In this document: positions 1 through 12,430 of the stretch, in pieces
Layout of the letters: every line of letters starts with the position of its first letter
Numbering within the stretch: the stretch's first letter is position 1
Source: Heterodontus francisci
Lineage: Eukaryota
Direction: 5' to 3'
Assembly: GCF_036365525.1 (NCBI RefSeq)
Contig: NW_027140453.1
Coordinates: forward strand, 744,001 to 808,000
Length of the DNA stretch: 64,000 bases
Notes under the pieces: generated by a model
Seen by the model: the letters and a program-made list of their open reading frames with translations, nothing else
The model's database searches: none
What the model was told of the DNA's origin: nothing
Position numbers and translations under genes: made by a program

Positions 1-1021
1 TGGGAGGAACATGAAGAGCATTAGGATGTGATACAATGTTGGAGACGCCCATTCACCCAGTTCAACAAATCAGAATTGAATTGGCTGCCATTCTGCTTCT
101 CTCTCTCTCTCTCTATCTATCTCTATCTCAGTTTACCTTCCGCTCTCTTGCACTCTCTCTCTGTCTCTCTCTCTCTCTCCCCTCATGTGTCTAGGTTTAT
201 GTCTCCCACTCTCTTCCTTTCTCAGGCTCTCTCTCCCATTCTATCTCAGTCTATCTTCGCTCACTTTTTCTCTCTGACTCTCTGTCTCCTCATGTATCTA
301 AGGTTATGTCTCCCATTCCCTCCTTCTCTCTGACTCTCCCTCTCTCTTACTCTTGTTATCTCTTCAGTTTATTTCCCTGTCTCTGTCTCTCTCTTGATCT
401 ATCTTCCTATCGGTCGCAGGCTCTTTAGCTCAGTCTCTCTTTCTCTCCATCTCTCTCTCAGTGTCTCTCTCTCTCTCTCATTATGTGTCTCTTGCTGTCT
501 CACTGTCTTTGCCTCTATCTCTGTCTCCCTCTCTGTCTCAGTCTCTTTAACTCTACCTGTCGTTTTTCCTCTCTCTCACTGGATCTCGCTCTCTCTTTCA
601 CACACATACACTCTCTTTCTCTCTCTAAAGGAGTGGGTGTCCTTGTCCTGTTGATGTATATCAAGCTGGATCTGCATGATCTCCTGCTCTATTAGTTTTC
701 TCACTAAATCCTTCTCAAAGCCATTGTCCGGTCTATGGTCCTGGATCCCCCTCTGCTGTCCCTGTGGAGAAGGTCAACACAGGGTCAGTGTATGAATACC
801 CAGATTATTGTCATTGATTCCTGATAGTTACATTCTGAAATCTCGTGACATCCTTATTAATCGTTCTCTGCACCCTCGGCAGTACCTGTAAATCTAGTGT
901 GTCACTACAATCATAACTCAACTCTTTTTATTGCAATAAACGCTATCACTCTGCATCAGGGAACGGTAGGTCAAGGTACCGAGCAATTTTATCTGAAACA
1001 GGTGTTTCCTGCTGCCTTTGA

Positions 1022-1130
1022 TGTTTTTGTTGAACTGCTCCATCTCTCTGAGTCACTGTGATCTCTCCAGGCACAGAAATACACGGCCGAGTGATTCTCC
1101 CGCAGGCTGGAGGTCTCCAGTTTGAAGTCG
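1022..1130 (-). pseudogene. Truncated TCR V segment (3' end only, CAW family) with intact 23-RSS
   Basis: 1130-1061 reads DFKLETSSLRENHSAVYFCAWRD; heptamer CACAGTG 1060-1054, 23-nt spacer, nonamer ACAAAAACA 1030-1022. Upstream sequence is replaced by a CR1 3' fragment. Confidence 0.85.
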
Positions 1131-1134
1131 TATT

Positions 1135-1490
1135 TATTTAGTCTTTGGGAGTAGATAGAGAGAAACTATTTCCGCTGGTTTGGGAATCTAGGACTAAGAG
1201 GCCAAGACTAAAAATTAGAGCCAGACTTTTCAGGAGTGAAATTAGGAAACACTTTTACACACAATGGGTGGAGAGGTTTGAACTCTCTTCTGCTCACGGA
1301 AATTGATGCTGAATCAATTGTTAATTTGAAATCGGAGATGGATAGGTTTTTGTGATCCAAAATAAATATTAAGGGATATGGGGCAAAGGCGGGAATATGG
1401 AGTTAGATCACAGATCAGCCATGGTCTCATTGAATGGTGGTACGGAATTGAGGGCCTGAATGGCCCCTTCCTGTTCCTGCCTTTGTCTTA
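1135..1490 (+). mobile_element. CR1-like LINE 3' fragment
   Basis: Decayed RT C-terminus (KLFPLV...RKHFYTQ) and 3' tail GGCCTGAATGGCCCCTTCCTGTTCCT shared with other CR1 copies in the window. Confidence 0.7.
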
Positions 1491-1589
1491 GCAGTTCCTG
1501 CTGGCATTGAATTCTGTAATTTGGGTAAAGAATTCTCCTCAACTCCCTATCGGATTTCAGTTTTTCTCAGCTTTTATTCTCTGTTTTGT

Positions 1590-2110
1590 TCCTATCCTCT
1601 TCGTCCCCTAGTCTTTGTACAAACAGCTAATGGGAACAGTTTTTCTTTGTCTACTTTATCTAAACCTCTCTTCATTTTGTACACTTCTGTCAAATCTCCC
1701 CTCAATTTCCTTTGCTCCAAGGAGAACAACCCCAGCTTCACCAAACTAACCATGTAGCTAAAATCTCTCATCCCTGGAACCATCCCGGTAAATCTCCTCT
1801 GCACCCTCTCAAGGACCCTACATCCTTCCTAAAGTGTGGTGACCAGAACCGGGCTCAGTACTCAAGTTGGGGCCTAACCAGAACCTCATATATGTTGAGC
1901 ATAACCACCCTGCTTTTGTACTTTATACCTCTATTCATGAATCCCAAGATCCCATAAGCTTCGTGAACCTCTCTCTCAATATGTCCTGCCACCTTCAATG
2001 ATCTATGCACATTAACCCCCAGGTCCCTCTGTCCTTGAACACTCTTTAGGCCTGTGTCATTAAGTCTGTATTTCCTCTCTGTCTCCCTTCTTCCAAAATG
2101 CATCACCTGA
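1590..2110 (-). mobile_element. CR1-like LINE RT C-terminal fragment
   Basis: ORFs 1855-2106 (RDLGV..., LVRPQLEY) and 1592-1804 (QRRFT...LRGDL) match the intact CR1 ORF2 at 30 kb. Confidence 0.85.
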
Positions 2111-2909
2111 TAGCAATGTAGTTCACTGTTAACTGCCTCTGAAATGGGCTAGCAAGTCATTCAGTAAAGGGCAATTCGGCATAGGTAATGAATGCTGACC
2201 TTGTCAGTGATATGCACATCCCTGAATGTGTTTCTTTATATGAAATTCCTTCTTCTCCATTTTTCTTTCACTGTTTTCTGACTTTGCTTCCCCTCTTTAC
2301 TTCCTTCAGATCATCTGTTTTAATATATCACAAGTGTTTGCTCAAACCAGTCACTATGAACGAGCAGACTTGGGGAAATCCAGTTGTCTATTTTGTGTGG
2401 AATGGTTATGATTTGAATCTGTTTCAGAGTTAGTGGAATTGACTATTTGGTAGATTGGTCAAGTCACTGCTGCTTTGCTCGCTCAGTCTTTTCAGAAGCA
2501 AGTGGGACTCAGGCTGCGGTGGAGCTCCATCCCCATCTCGTGGCTGTAATGTGTAACTACAGGCACCTGAGATTTGCACAGTGCAATTGATAAAATAGGC
2601 ATTATGAAGACATGCTTTGTAATTGCTCCGTCTTCCCATTTTTTATCCATTGCTTCGGCTGCTGACGCTGGTGACATCGAATTAGGCCGGGGTGAATCTC
2701 CACGGGACATGCGTTAGAATCTTACCAGGTCAGATGGTGGAATTTAAATTCAATTAATGAATAAATACAATCATTTCATCAGAAAATCTGCAATTGAAAG
2801 CTTGTCTCTGTTAAGGGGCCCTGACACCCAGCTGGCTCACTCATTTCTTTTAGGGAAGGAAATCCACCGTCCTTACCTGGTCTGGCCTACATGTGACTTG
2901 AGACCCACA

Positions 2910-4030
2910 GAACACAAGAAATTGGAGCAGGTGAAGACAATATATCCCATCGAGCCTGCTCTGTCATTCAATACAATCATGGCTGATCTTGGGCTTCAAT
3001 TCCACTTTCCTGCCTGCTCCCCATATCCCTTCATTTCCTGAGGGATCAAAAATTCCAGCCTTAAATGTATTCAGTGAAGGAGCATCCACAACACTCTGGG
3101 GTAGAGAAATCCAAAGTTTCACAACCCTTTGAGTGAAGTCATTTCTCCTCATCTCAGTCCGGAATGACTGATCCCTTATCCTGAGATTTCTCACTGCCTC
3201 TTTTCTTGAAAAGCCGTGGAACATTTGTTAGCTTTCAATCCGATGGGACCATTCCTGAATCTAAGGAATTCTGGAAAATCATAACCAGCGCCTCCACTCT
3301 CTCTGCAGCTATCTCTTTTAGAACTCTGGTATATAATCCATCTGTTCCAGGGGACTTGTCAGATTTTAATCCCTCAGGTTTCTCCAAAAGTTTTTCTCAA
3401 TTGATATGAATATCCTTAATTTCCTCACTCTTTTTAAGCCCCAGATAACTGCCTATTTCTGGGATGGAACTTGTGTCTTCAACTGTGAAGACAGGCACAA
3501 AATATTAGTTCAATTCCCCTGCTATTTCCCCATTCCCCATGATGATTTCACCTGCCTTTACCTCGAAGGAACCAACGTCAGCTTCAGCTACTCTCTTGCT
3601 TTTTATGTAAAAGCTCCGACCATCTGTTTTTATATTGCTGGTTAGCTTATTCTCACATTTTATTCCCACATCCGATGAAAGAACATGAACAATGTCTTCA
3701 ACCAGCCCTATCAGTATGACGTGCTATTTCCTGCTCCCTAATGTTTTTATCCAGCATCCATTTACATATATCTGGTTATACACATCATTTATTTCTGTGT
3801 GCAAGTGAATTCCACATTCTCACCACTCTGTGTAAATTTATTTCTTGGAGTTATTAGTGAGTATGATGTATTCATTACCTTCCTCACAAATCCAGACATC
3901 TTCTCTGCCCTGTCATATTCCTTCATAATCTTGAACACCTCTATCAGGTCACCCCTCAGCCTTCTCTTGACTGGGGAAAAGAATCCCAGACTTTTCAATC
4001 TTTCCTCATAGTTATAACCTTTTGTGCTCC
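2910..4030 (-). mobile_element. Decayed CR1-like LINE fragments
   Basis: ORF pieces FTQRVVKLWISLP (2964-3224) and RRLRGDLIEVFKIM (3789-3998). Confidence 0.7.
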
Positions 4031-4532
4031 GGTATCATTCTTGTAAATCGTTTTTGTACTTCTGCTCGTACCTCTCTGTGTAATATGGAGACCAGCACTC
4101 TACACAGCACTGCAGATTTGGTCCAATCAAGGTCGATGGAAACCAGAACTGTACACAGGGCTCCAAATGCGCACGAGGTAAGGTATTTGGATGTAAGAAC
4201 TGTCCCCAGCACTTCAGATGTCGTCTACACAGGCATATAGAACTGAGAATTGTGCACAGTGCTCCAGGTGTGGTCTAACAGAGGTACGTGTTGAAGAGCC
4301 GTTCTATGAACCATTATTCAGGTGTGGGCACAGACAGTGTGTGTTGCCTGTCTGGAGGTTGTGGGGAATCAGAACATGGGCGTTCTGCCACTCGAACGGG
4401 CACTGAACAGATGCAGATCCGCATCCGATCAGCCAGGGCTGCTCTTCACGGAATGCTGGGTTAAATGCACCCGTTTGAAGGGAGACGTGTGAGGGTTTTT
4501 GTCAAGGCGGCCAATGACTCTGAACCGCTGTG

Positions 4533-5266
4533 TCCCATCACCAGCTGCACAGAAATACACCGCCTCGTCCGTGGCGTTCACACTCTCGATCGTCAGAGTG
4601 GATTTCTTATTGTTCAGAGTCCTGGTAATAACAAACCCGCTCTTAAAACCCTCTTCATACTGAGGTTCACTGCCTCGGTAAACAGAGCCCATTGAGAGGA
4701 ATCCTCTGCTGGGGGACTGACGATACCAGTACATGTAGTTGTGAATCTTTCCTTTCTGCAGACAGTTCATTTCCACGGGTCCTGGTTGTTTAACAGCCAG
4801 TGACTGAGGCCATTGATGTATCACATCACCCCGGCAAACACCTAGAAAGAGAAATTAGAGGGAATGAACTAGTATCGATGGAGTTACAATTGAGACGATG
4901 GGCGTCGGTGTTGCACCGAATTAACGACGGAAATTCGGTCTGTGTCCTAATTTCCTACAAGAACCTGGATCTTTACAAATGTAAAATAGAATTGTGGAAT
5001 CCACAAGTTTGCAAGTGGGTGCAAACATTAAAGAGTTAACATCATATTAATAACACTTGTCTTCCCAAACTAGGGGACAGATTAATGAGTTCACTGTCTG
5101 ATATGAAATAATCGATTACTGATTTCACAAGTCACCGCCGCTCAGTTTTATTGAGATCATTAATCATCCCTTTCAGTTGATCAAATGTAGAAGAGTGATT
5201 GGGACAGAATTTTAACCTACTCAGCGCCAGAAGGGAAATAGCAAAGAGGATGAAACTGAAAGGCAT
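4533..5266 (-). CDS. TRBV: TCR V gene segment (probable TRBV), potentially functional: leader 5266-5221, V exon 4841-4533
   Basis: Leader MPFSFILFAISLLAL with phase-1 GTAGGT donor; acceptor ctag|GT; V exon VCRGDVIHQWPQ..C..YWYRQ..DEAVYFCAAGDG is open. RSS CACAGCG 4532-4526 / 23 nt / ACAAAAACC 4502-4494. Confidence 0.9.
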
Positions 5267-6019
5267 GTTTGCTGTGGATCTGAGAGACTTTCTGCTGGTT
5301 ACTCTGGGTTTTAAGGGAGGGAGAGCGATGAGGTGTAGGCAGAGCGGATCGTCATCAGAGGAAGTTATCTCAAGGCAATGATCCCCGCCCCTACCTTTAA
5401 GTTGTCCCCCATTCTTTTGTTTGCTTCCTTCCGCCCCTTTCCACTTGTTTCTTCTCTCCATTTCCCTCCTTCCACCCCACTTTCTACTCTGCTGCCAATA
5501 TCTTCACTCTCTTCCCTTTGTGAGCTTGCTTTCATGCTGAATCGAGGGAAATTTTGAAGGTAACGAGGTGTTGGAGAGGGTAGGTGAAAAAAACAAGGGG
5601 TGGTGCAACGATAGCTGCTTTGAGTGACTCCAGAGCTTATGGCGCACAACAGGGGATTATTAACATCCTTTTGCAAATTAAAATCAGTAGTGGAGGAAGA
5701 GAAGGTGGATAGTTCGATGGCAGCGGCGGCGGCTCATATAACATCACTGTAAAGTGGAAATCTAACTGCATTTAGCCTTTAAAGTGAAAAGATTGCGGAA
5801 GCAGAGGAATTGACTCATTGATCAGCGGCGCCAAAGCCTGTGGTGGCGCGAAATATAGTGGAGCCACTGCGCCGACCAGTGGCAGCATGGTGCAACTGCA
5901 ACAAGCTGTGTTTGTTACTTTCCCAGTGAAACCCATGCTGTGGGCTTCTTCAAGTCAATTCCCGAAATTCATCCTCCTTCTCAGTGTTTCATCCTCTCCT
6001 GCAGAGGATTATTACCCGC

Positions 6020-6400
6020 AGAATTAACGATACAAATGCAGTCTTTGTCCTAATTTCCTGCCAGTATCTGTACAGATGTAAAGCAGAAGAGTGAAATCTA
6101 CATGAGCAAAAGTGGGTGTAGATGTTATATGGTTAACAGTATATTCTTCACACTTTTGTTGCCAAAAAAGGGGGAACAGATTAATGAGTTCACTGTCTTA
6201 TATTCAATAATTGATTGCTGATTTCACAAGTCACCGCCGCACAGTCTTGTTGAGATCATTAATCAGTTGATCAAATGTAGAACAGTGATTGTGACAGAAT
6301 TTAAACATACTCAGCGACAGAAGGAAAATAGCAAACGTCGATGAAATTGAATGGCATGTTTGCGGCGGAATTAAGACACTTTCTGCTGGTTGCTCTGGGT
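6020..6400 (-). pseudogene. Orphan V leader exon and intron (duplicate of 4915-5310) with no V exon
   Basis: 6357-6311 ATGCCATTCAATTTCATCG...CTGA|GTATGT is a 47-nt (frameshifted) copy of the 46-nt leader at 5266. Intron homology runs to about 6020. Confidence 0.7.
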
Positions 6401-6409
6401 TTAAGGGAG

Positions 6410-8020
6410 CGAAGCTGAGGGAGGAAACATTATTTGGATTAGCATCCTTGAAAGTTGATAAATCACCAGGGCCGGATGAAATGAATCCGAAGCTGCAAAA
6501 AGAAGCAAGAGAAGAAATAGCAGAGGGTCTGACCATCTTTTTGCAGTCCTCACAGGTGTGGTGCCGGAGGATTGGAGAATTGTTAATGTTGTGCCTTCGT
6601 TTAAAAAGGGAGAGAAGGATAGACTGACTAATTACAGGCCAGTCAGTCTGACCTCAGTAGTGAGCAAATTATTGCAATCTATTCTGGGAGACAGGAAAAA
6701 CTGTCACTTAGAAAGGCATGGGTTAATCAAGGATAGACAGCATAGATTTGTTAAGGGACGATCTTGTTTTATCAACTTGATCTAATTTTTTGAAGAAGTA
6801 ACAAGGAAGATAGATGAGGGTAGTGCAGTTGACGTGGTCTACATGGATTTTAGCAAGGCTTTTGAAAAGGCTGCACATGGCAGACTGGTTCAAAAAAAAC
6901 AAAATCCCATGGGATCAAGGGAAATGCAGCAAGGTGGATACAAAATTGGCTTAGTGGCAGGAAACAAAGGGTAATTGTTGATGGGTGCTTTAGCGACTGG
7001 AGGGCTGTTCCCAGTGGCGTTCCACAGGGCTCAGCACTGGATTCCCTGCTTTTTGTGGTATGTATTAACGATTTGGATGTAAATGTAGGGGGGCATTTTC
7101 AAGATGTATGCAGACAACACAAGGATTAGCCGTGTGGTAGATCGCGAGGTGGATAGCTGTAGGCTGCAGGAAGATATTGATGGTCTTGTCAGATGGGCAG
7201 AAGAGTGGCAAATGGAATCCAACTTGGAGAGGTGTGAGGTGATGCATTTGGGGAGGTCAAACAAGGCAAAGGAACATACGATTAATGGGAAAATACTGAG
7301 AAGTGTAGAGGAAGTGAGGGAACTTGGAGTGAATGTCTCCAGATTACTGAAGGTAGCAGGACAGGTCGATAAGTTGGTTAAGAAGGCATATGGAATCCGT
7401 TCCTTTATTAGCTGAGGTATGGAATACACGAACAGGGAGGTTATGCTGGAACTGTATACATCATTGGTTAGGCCACAACTTGAGTACTGTGTGCAGTACT
7501 GGTCACCTCAATGCAGAAAGAATGTAATTGCACTAGAGAGGGTACAGAGGGGATTTACGAGGATGTTGCCAGAACTGGAAAATGCAGCTGTGCGGAAAGA
7601 TTGGATAGGCTGGGGTTGTTCTCCTTGGAACAGAGAAAGCTGAGGGGAGGTCTGTTAGAAATGTAAAAAATATTGAAGGGGCCTGGATAGAGTGGAGGTG
7701 AAAGGTCTATTCATCTTGCCAGAGAGATCAGTGACGAGGGGGAAGAGATTTTATGTGATTGTTAGAAGAATTGGAGGGGAGAAAAGGAAAACCTTAGAAG
7801 TGGTGGGGGTCAGGTACTCGCTGCCTGAAAGGGTTGTTGAGGCAGACACTCTCAACTCATTCAAAGGAGTCTGGATATGCACCTCAAGTGCCGTAATCTG
7901 CAGGGCTATGGACCAAATGCTGGAAGGTGTGATTTGAATAGGTGGATTGTTTTTCAGCCGCCACAGACACGATGGGCCAATTGGCCTCTTGCTGTGCCTT
8001 AAACTTTCTACGATTCTATT
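6410..8020 (+). mobile_element. CR1 LINE RT region, degenerate, 5'-truncated
   Basis: ORF pieces VPEDWRIVNVVP..NYRPVSLTS, YADNT, LVRPQLEYCVQYWSP, interrupted by stops and frameshifts. Confidence 0.9.
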
Positions 8021-8368
8021 GGAGTGATAGAGTGTATGTGAATGTGCCAAGGAATGAGAGAGAGACATAGTGCGAGACAGAGTCAGAGAGGATGATATGG
8101 TGAAAAACAGTTAGAGTAAAAGAGAGGCAGTGATAGAGATAGATGGAGAAAGGGAGAAAAAGATCTCTGTCTGTTTATCTATACTGCTATCTATCTATCT
8201 CTGTAGCTATCTGTCTATCTTTCTCTCTATCTATATATCTGCATGGCTGTGTGTCTGTCTGTCTATCTGTGTCAATTTGTCTCTCTATCTGTGTGAATCC
8301 GTCTGTCTGTCTTCATATCGACCTATCTGCATATCTGTCTGTCTATCTAACAATCTATTTGACTATTT

Positions 8369-8501
8369 NNNNNNNNNNNNNNNNNNNNNNNNNNNNNNNN
8401 NNNNNNNNNNNNNNNNNNNNNNNNNNNNNNNNNNNNNNNNNNNNNNNNNNNNNNNNNNNNNNNNNNNNNNNNNNNNNNNNNNNNNNNNNNNNNNNNNNNN
8501 N
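8369..8501. other. Assembly gap (N run)
   Basis: Run of N within a TCTA/TCTG microsatellite. Confidence 1.
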
Positions 8502-8829
8502 CTAGCTATCTATCTGCCTGTCTCTGCTGCCTATGGCATGGTGCTGTACCCCAATTGGCTTCCGTGTTTTAAGTACACTGCTCTCTGAAATGACCTAGCA
8601 AACTCTTCAGTTATCTACAAGGCAGCACACACCTTCTCCAGGGCAATTAGCGATGTTGAATAACTACTGGCCTTCTCAGAGGGACCCAGGTCCCCAGAAT
8701 GAATTTTTAAAAAATCAAAACAAGGGAAGAAGTTGCAGAGGATCTGAGCATCATTTTCCAGTTCTTAATTGGCTGTTAACAGCTTTGGGGCGTCTTGAAG
8801 TCGTGGAAGACCTGATATAACTTTTTTTC

Positions 8830-9350
8830 TTATTCCTTCATGGGACGTGAGTTTCTTTCACAAGGCCAGCAATTATTTCACAACACTGATTACCCTTGAG
8901 AAGGTGGTGGTGAGCTGCCTTCTTGAACCATGGGGGGTAAGTACACCCACAGTGCTGTTGGGAAGGGAGTTCCCGGATTTTGACCCCGTGTCAGTGAAGA
9001 AACGGCAATATAGTTCCAAGTCAGGAATGTGTGTGACTTGGAGGGGAACTTGCAGGTGGTGGTGCCCCCATGTATTTGCTGCCCTTGTCCTTCTAGTTGG
9101 TACAGTTGGTTGGTTTGGAAGGTGCTGTCTGAGGACACTCGATGCTTTGCTGCAGTGCATCTTGTCGATGGTACACACTGCTGCCACCGTGGTGAAGGGA
9201 GTGAGTGTTGAAGGTGGTAGATGGGTTGCTGATCAAGAGGGCTGCTTTTTCCTGGATGGTGTTGAGCTTCCTGAGTGTTGTTGGAGCTGCACCCATCCAG
9301 GCAAGTGGAGAGTATTCCATCACACTCCTGACTTGTGCCTTGTAGATGAT
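8830..9350 (-). mobile_element. Non-LTR retrotransposon 3' fragment (second LINE family; further copies at about 18260-18800 +, 56530-56930 -, 62280-62680 -)
   Basis: RT C-terminal peptide IYKAQVRSVMEYSPLAWMGAAPTTLRKLNTIQEKAA, and 3' sequence GCAGCTCACCACCACCTTCTCAAGGG shared by the four copies. Confidence 0.75.
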
Positions 9351-9749
9351 TGATACTCTATCCATCACTTCACAATGGCGATGTAAACTATCTGTCTTAT
9401 TTAGATCATTAATTAACCTTTTAATTAATCAAGTATAGGACAGCGACTGTGACTCAGTTTTAACATACTCAGTGCCAGAAATTAAACAGTGTAGACGAGG
9501 ACTTTGAAATTTTGCAGGGGATCTGAGACACATCTCTTTCTTTCCTTCTCTCTCTTCCTCGTACCTTCTGCTATTCCCTGTCATTCAGCCCTTGATGAAG
9601 GTTCAGGAATCTGGGAATCACCAGCTTGGAAAATGGCTGGTGAGGCAGGGAGAGACATTAACCATTGTCACTGCTCCTGTATGTCAGTCAGTTGTGTTGT
9701 TCACACTGTTGGTTTTTGTACTGGCATTAAGGCAGTCTGCAGCGCTGTG

Positions 9750-10564
9750 CTCACTGGCTGCACAGTAATACACCGCCGCATCCACAGCCTTCACCTTGAG
9801 GACCCTCAGGCTGCATCGTTTGTCCTCGGGCCTTATAATCTTCACCTCCTCTTCAAATTTTCCTTCGTACGTGGGCGAGCTTCCAGTGTAAGAATAGCCC
9901 ATTAGGGTGAGCCCCTGCCCGGCATACTGCCGATACCACAGCATAACGTTCTTACCACTGTCATTCTGGTAACAGTTTAATTCTGCTGGTTCGCCTCCCT
10001 TCACTGCCACCAGAGTTGGCCACTGGTGTATCACCTCTGCTAGAGTTTTGCCTTGAGAAATAAGGAGAATAGTTTAAAAAGTTTGGAACATATTGTGACA
10101 TATGATAACCAACTAAACGATCCAAATAGATAATTAGATAATACTAGATAACTATATAGGCAAACAATATATAGTTAAATGATATATTTGTAGATATATA
10201 GATAATAAACAGATAGATATAGAGATTGAAAAATAATGTAGCAAGTGAAATGAGAGAGACAAATTAACCCAGAATTAGGGCAAACTTATCGGTTAAAGAT
10301 AGCTATAGTAGCGTCACGAATATATAAGTAACTTTCATTCAGTCAATAATTTCATTAAGTAAATATTATTTACAGTTAAAGTAAAGTATGTAGTTTAAGA
10401 AATGACAGAAAATCGACTTCAATGATGTTTTATCAATCTAGTTTCATAGAAGTTAGCAGTGAATGAAAACACAGCACGTATTTTAGCACAGGTATCTTTA
10501 TGAACGATGACTACCTACATGGAAGAAGTGAACAGACGATTAGGAAGAATTTGGCAAACTGCAT
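9750..10564 (-). CDS. TRBV: TCR V gene segment (probable TRBV), potentially functional: leader 10564-10519, V exon 10051-9750
   Basis: Leader MQFAKFFLIVCSLLP with phase-1 GTAGGT donor; V KTLAEVIHQWPTLVAV..NCYQ..LWYRQ..DAAVYYCAASE is open. RSS CACAGCG 9749-9743 / 23 / ACAAAAACC 9719-9711. Confidence 0.9.
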
Positions 10565-11529
10565 CCTGCAGACTGAAGGCTGACTCTGTTCATGAACCAA
10601 TATCAGGCGGCTGAAGATAAAGCAGAGAGCGGAAATGACAGCACTGGAAGCAGGGTTTCCTTCTGACACCTCAATTCTGAGTATGACAGAATAATAACAC
10701 CCCCTGGTCGGAAGGAGCTTGAATAAGGAACTGCTTCCCGTCTGCATCAGGCTCTCGTTGCTTGTGTCTGATTGGTGTTGTGCAGGGTAGCTCTTTCGAA
10801 CAGCCGGGCCAGGCTCGATGGGCTGAATGGCCTCGGCTCTGCTGTTGGATTTTATAAATATATAAGACACATCAAGTTGCTTGTTTGTATTAGGCAGATA
10901 AAGATTTATTTCCCCTGTGCTAAACGACAATTCAAGGGTTATGTTTTACATTGGGGTGAAATCTTAGATACTTTGAAAAGCGACAGTGTCATGAAGAAGT
11001 GGGTTAACTGTTTTAAACAGATGCTCAAACCGCCGTCAGGAGGCAGGTGTTCCAGTGAGAGACCTATCTGGGGAGGTGTCTCACTTTTGCATTGTATGAA
11101 TCATTGGGGGCATGTACAACAGGGAGCTATGTGTAACTCTTGTCACATACCACCGACAGCTCATTCAACAGGACCATGAACCCATTTACCCCACCTCGGA
11201 ATCTGTTCTTTACAGGTAGAGGCTGCCTTAACGAGAAGGATCTGAGCACATTGCTGCAGCATTGTTAATAATTCATAATGTATTGATGTACTCTGAGTCG
11301 AAGGAGAGCAAGAAGATGAAATTATCAGTAAAATATAAATCATGATATATCAATAATTAAACTGGTATGGTGTAAAGAATGGTGTTAGATGGATGATAAA
11401 CGTCAGATATATGGTGGATGCATATTTAGAGAGGTGAGAGACAGGTAGATAAATCGATGGCAAATATATATATATGAGCAAGGTAAATAGAGAGATAAAT
11501 GGTGCAATATAACCAAAACTGGGCAGAGA

Positions 11530-11536
11530 GACAGAC

Positions 11537-11608
<72 letters not shown>

Positions 11609-11615
11609 GGATAGA
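11530..11615 (+). repeat. (GATA)n microsatellite
   Basis: Perfect AGAT run. Confidence 0.95.
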
Positions 11616-11764
11616 TGCAGAGACGCACAAAGAGACACAGAAAATCGCAGATAGTCAGAGAGACAGAAAGACACAGAGATAGACAGACAGGTTTATCTCC
11701 CACAAGTGCTTTCCTCCTCCTTTAGAGTTTTTGCTGAACTCCGGCGCCTTTCTGAGTCACTGTG

Positions 11765-12378
11765 CAGACTCCAGACACAGGAATACACGGCTGATTGATT
11801 CGCCCACAGGCTGGAGGACTCCAGGTAAAAATGGGTGTTGTCGGGTCTCCTGGCAGTGAAACCGTCCACCTCACCGGAGGGAATGACCGTTCCAGCGAGG
11901 TTGGAATAGAAAAGGTTCTCGGGATCACGGTCCGGATGCCACGGGTACCAGTAGAAATAGGAGCCAGCATCTGCCTTTGTGTAAACGCACTGGATACTGA
12001 CTGGAGAGCCTGGGGAATGGGATATGGAAGCAGGAGTCTGTTGGATCAACACGGCCCCCACATCTGTAAAACAGAGAGAGAGAGAAAGAGGTTTACCCAG
12101 GGACATTGTCTATATCGTTACAAACAAGAAGAGGTAGAAGTGGGCAGAGAGAGAGAGAGAGCGCTGGGGACAAGTTAGAGGCAGCGAGGCAGAGATAAAG
12201 GCAGAGAGAGAGAGAGAGAATGAGAGACAGAGAAAGAAATATAGAGGGAGAAGGAGAGAGACAAAGACAGACAGAGACTGAGAAGCAGAGACACATGTAC
12301 ATCATTGTAACCTCACAGTTCAGACACCTCCTTACCCGTTAACACCAACAACACAACCCAGAGCTGAGAGACAGCCAT
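11765..12378 (-). CDS. TRBV: TCR V gene segment (probable TRBV), open: leader 12378-12336, V exon 12063-11765
   Basis: Leader MAVSQLWVVLLVLT with GTAAGG donor; V VGAVLIQQTPAS..QC..YWYPW..SAVYSCVWSL (some atypical residues). RSS CACAGTG 11764-11758 / 23 / GCAAAAACT 11734-11726. Confidence 0.85.
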
Positions 12379-12399
12379 CTCTGGAGGGTAAAGGATCCG

Positions 12400-12430
12400 T
12401 GTGGTTTTATATGAAGTGACTGAGCACTTT
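12400..12430 (-). promoter_or_regulatory. Probable V promoter: AP-1/CRE-like TCAGTCA next to a TATA box (paralogous copy about 17010-17040)
   Basis: Minus strand AGTGCTCAGTCACTTCATATAAAA just upstream of the leader ATG, conserved in the paralog. Confidence 0.5.
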
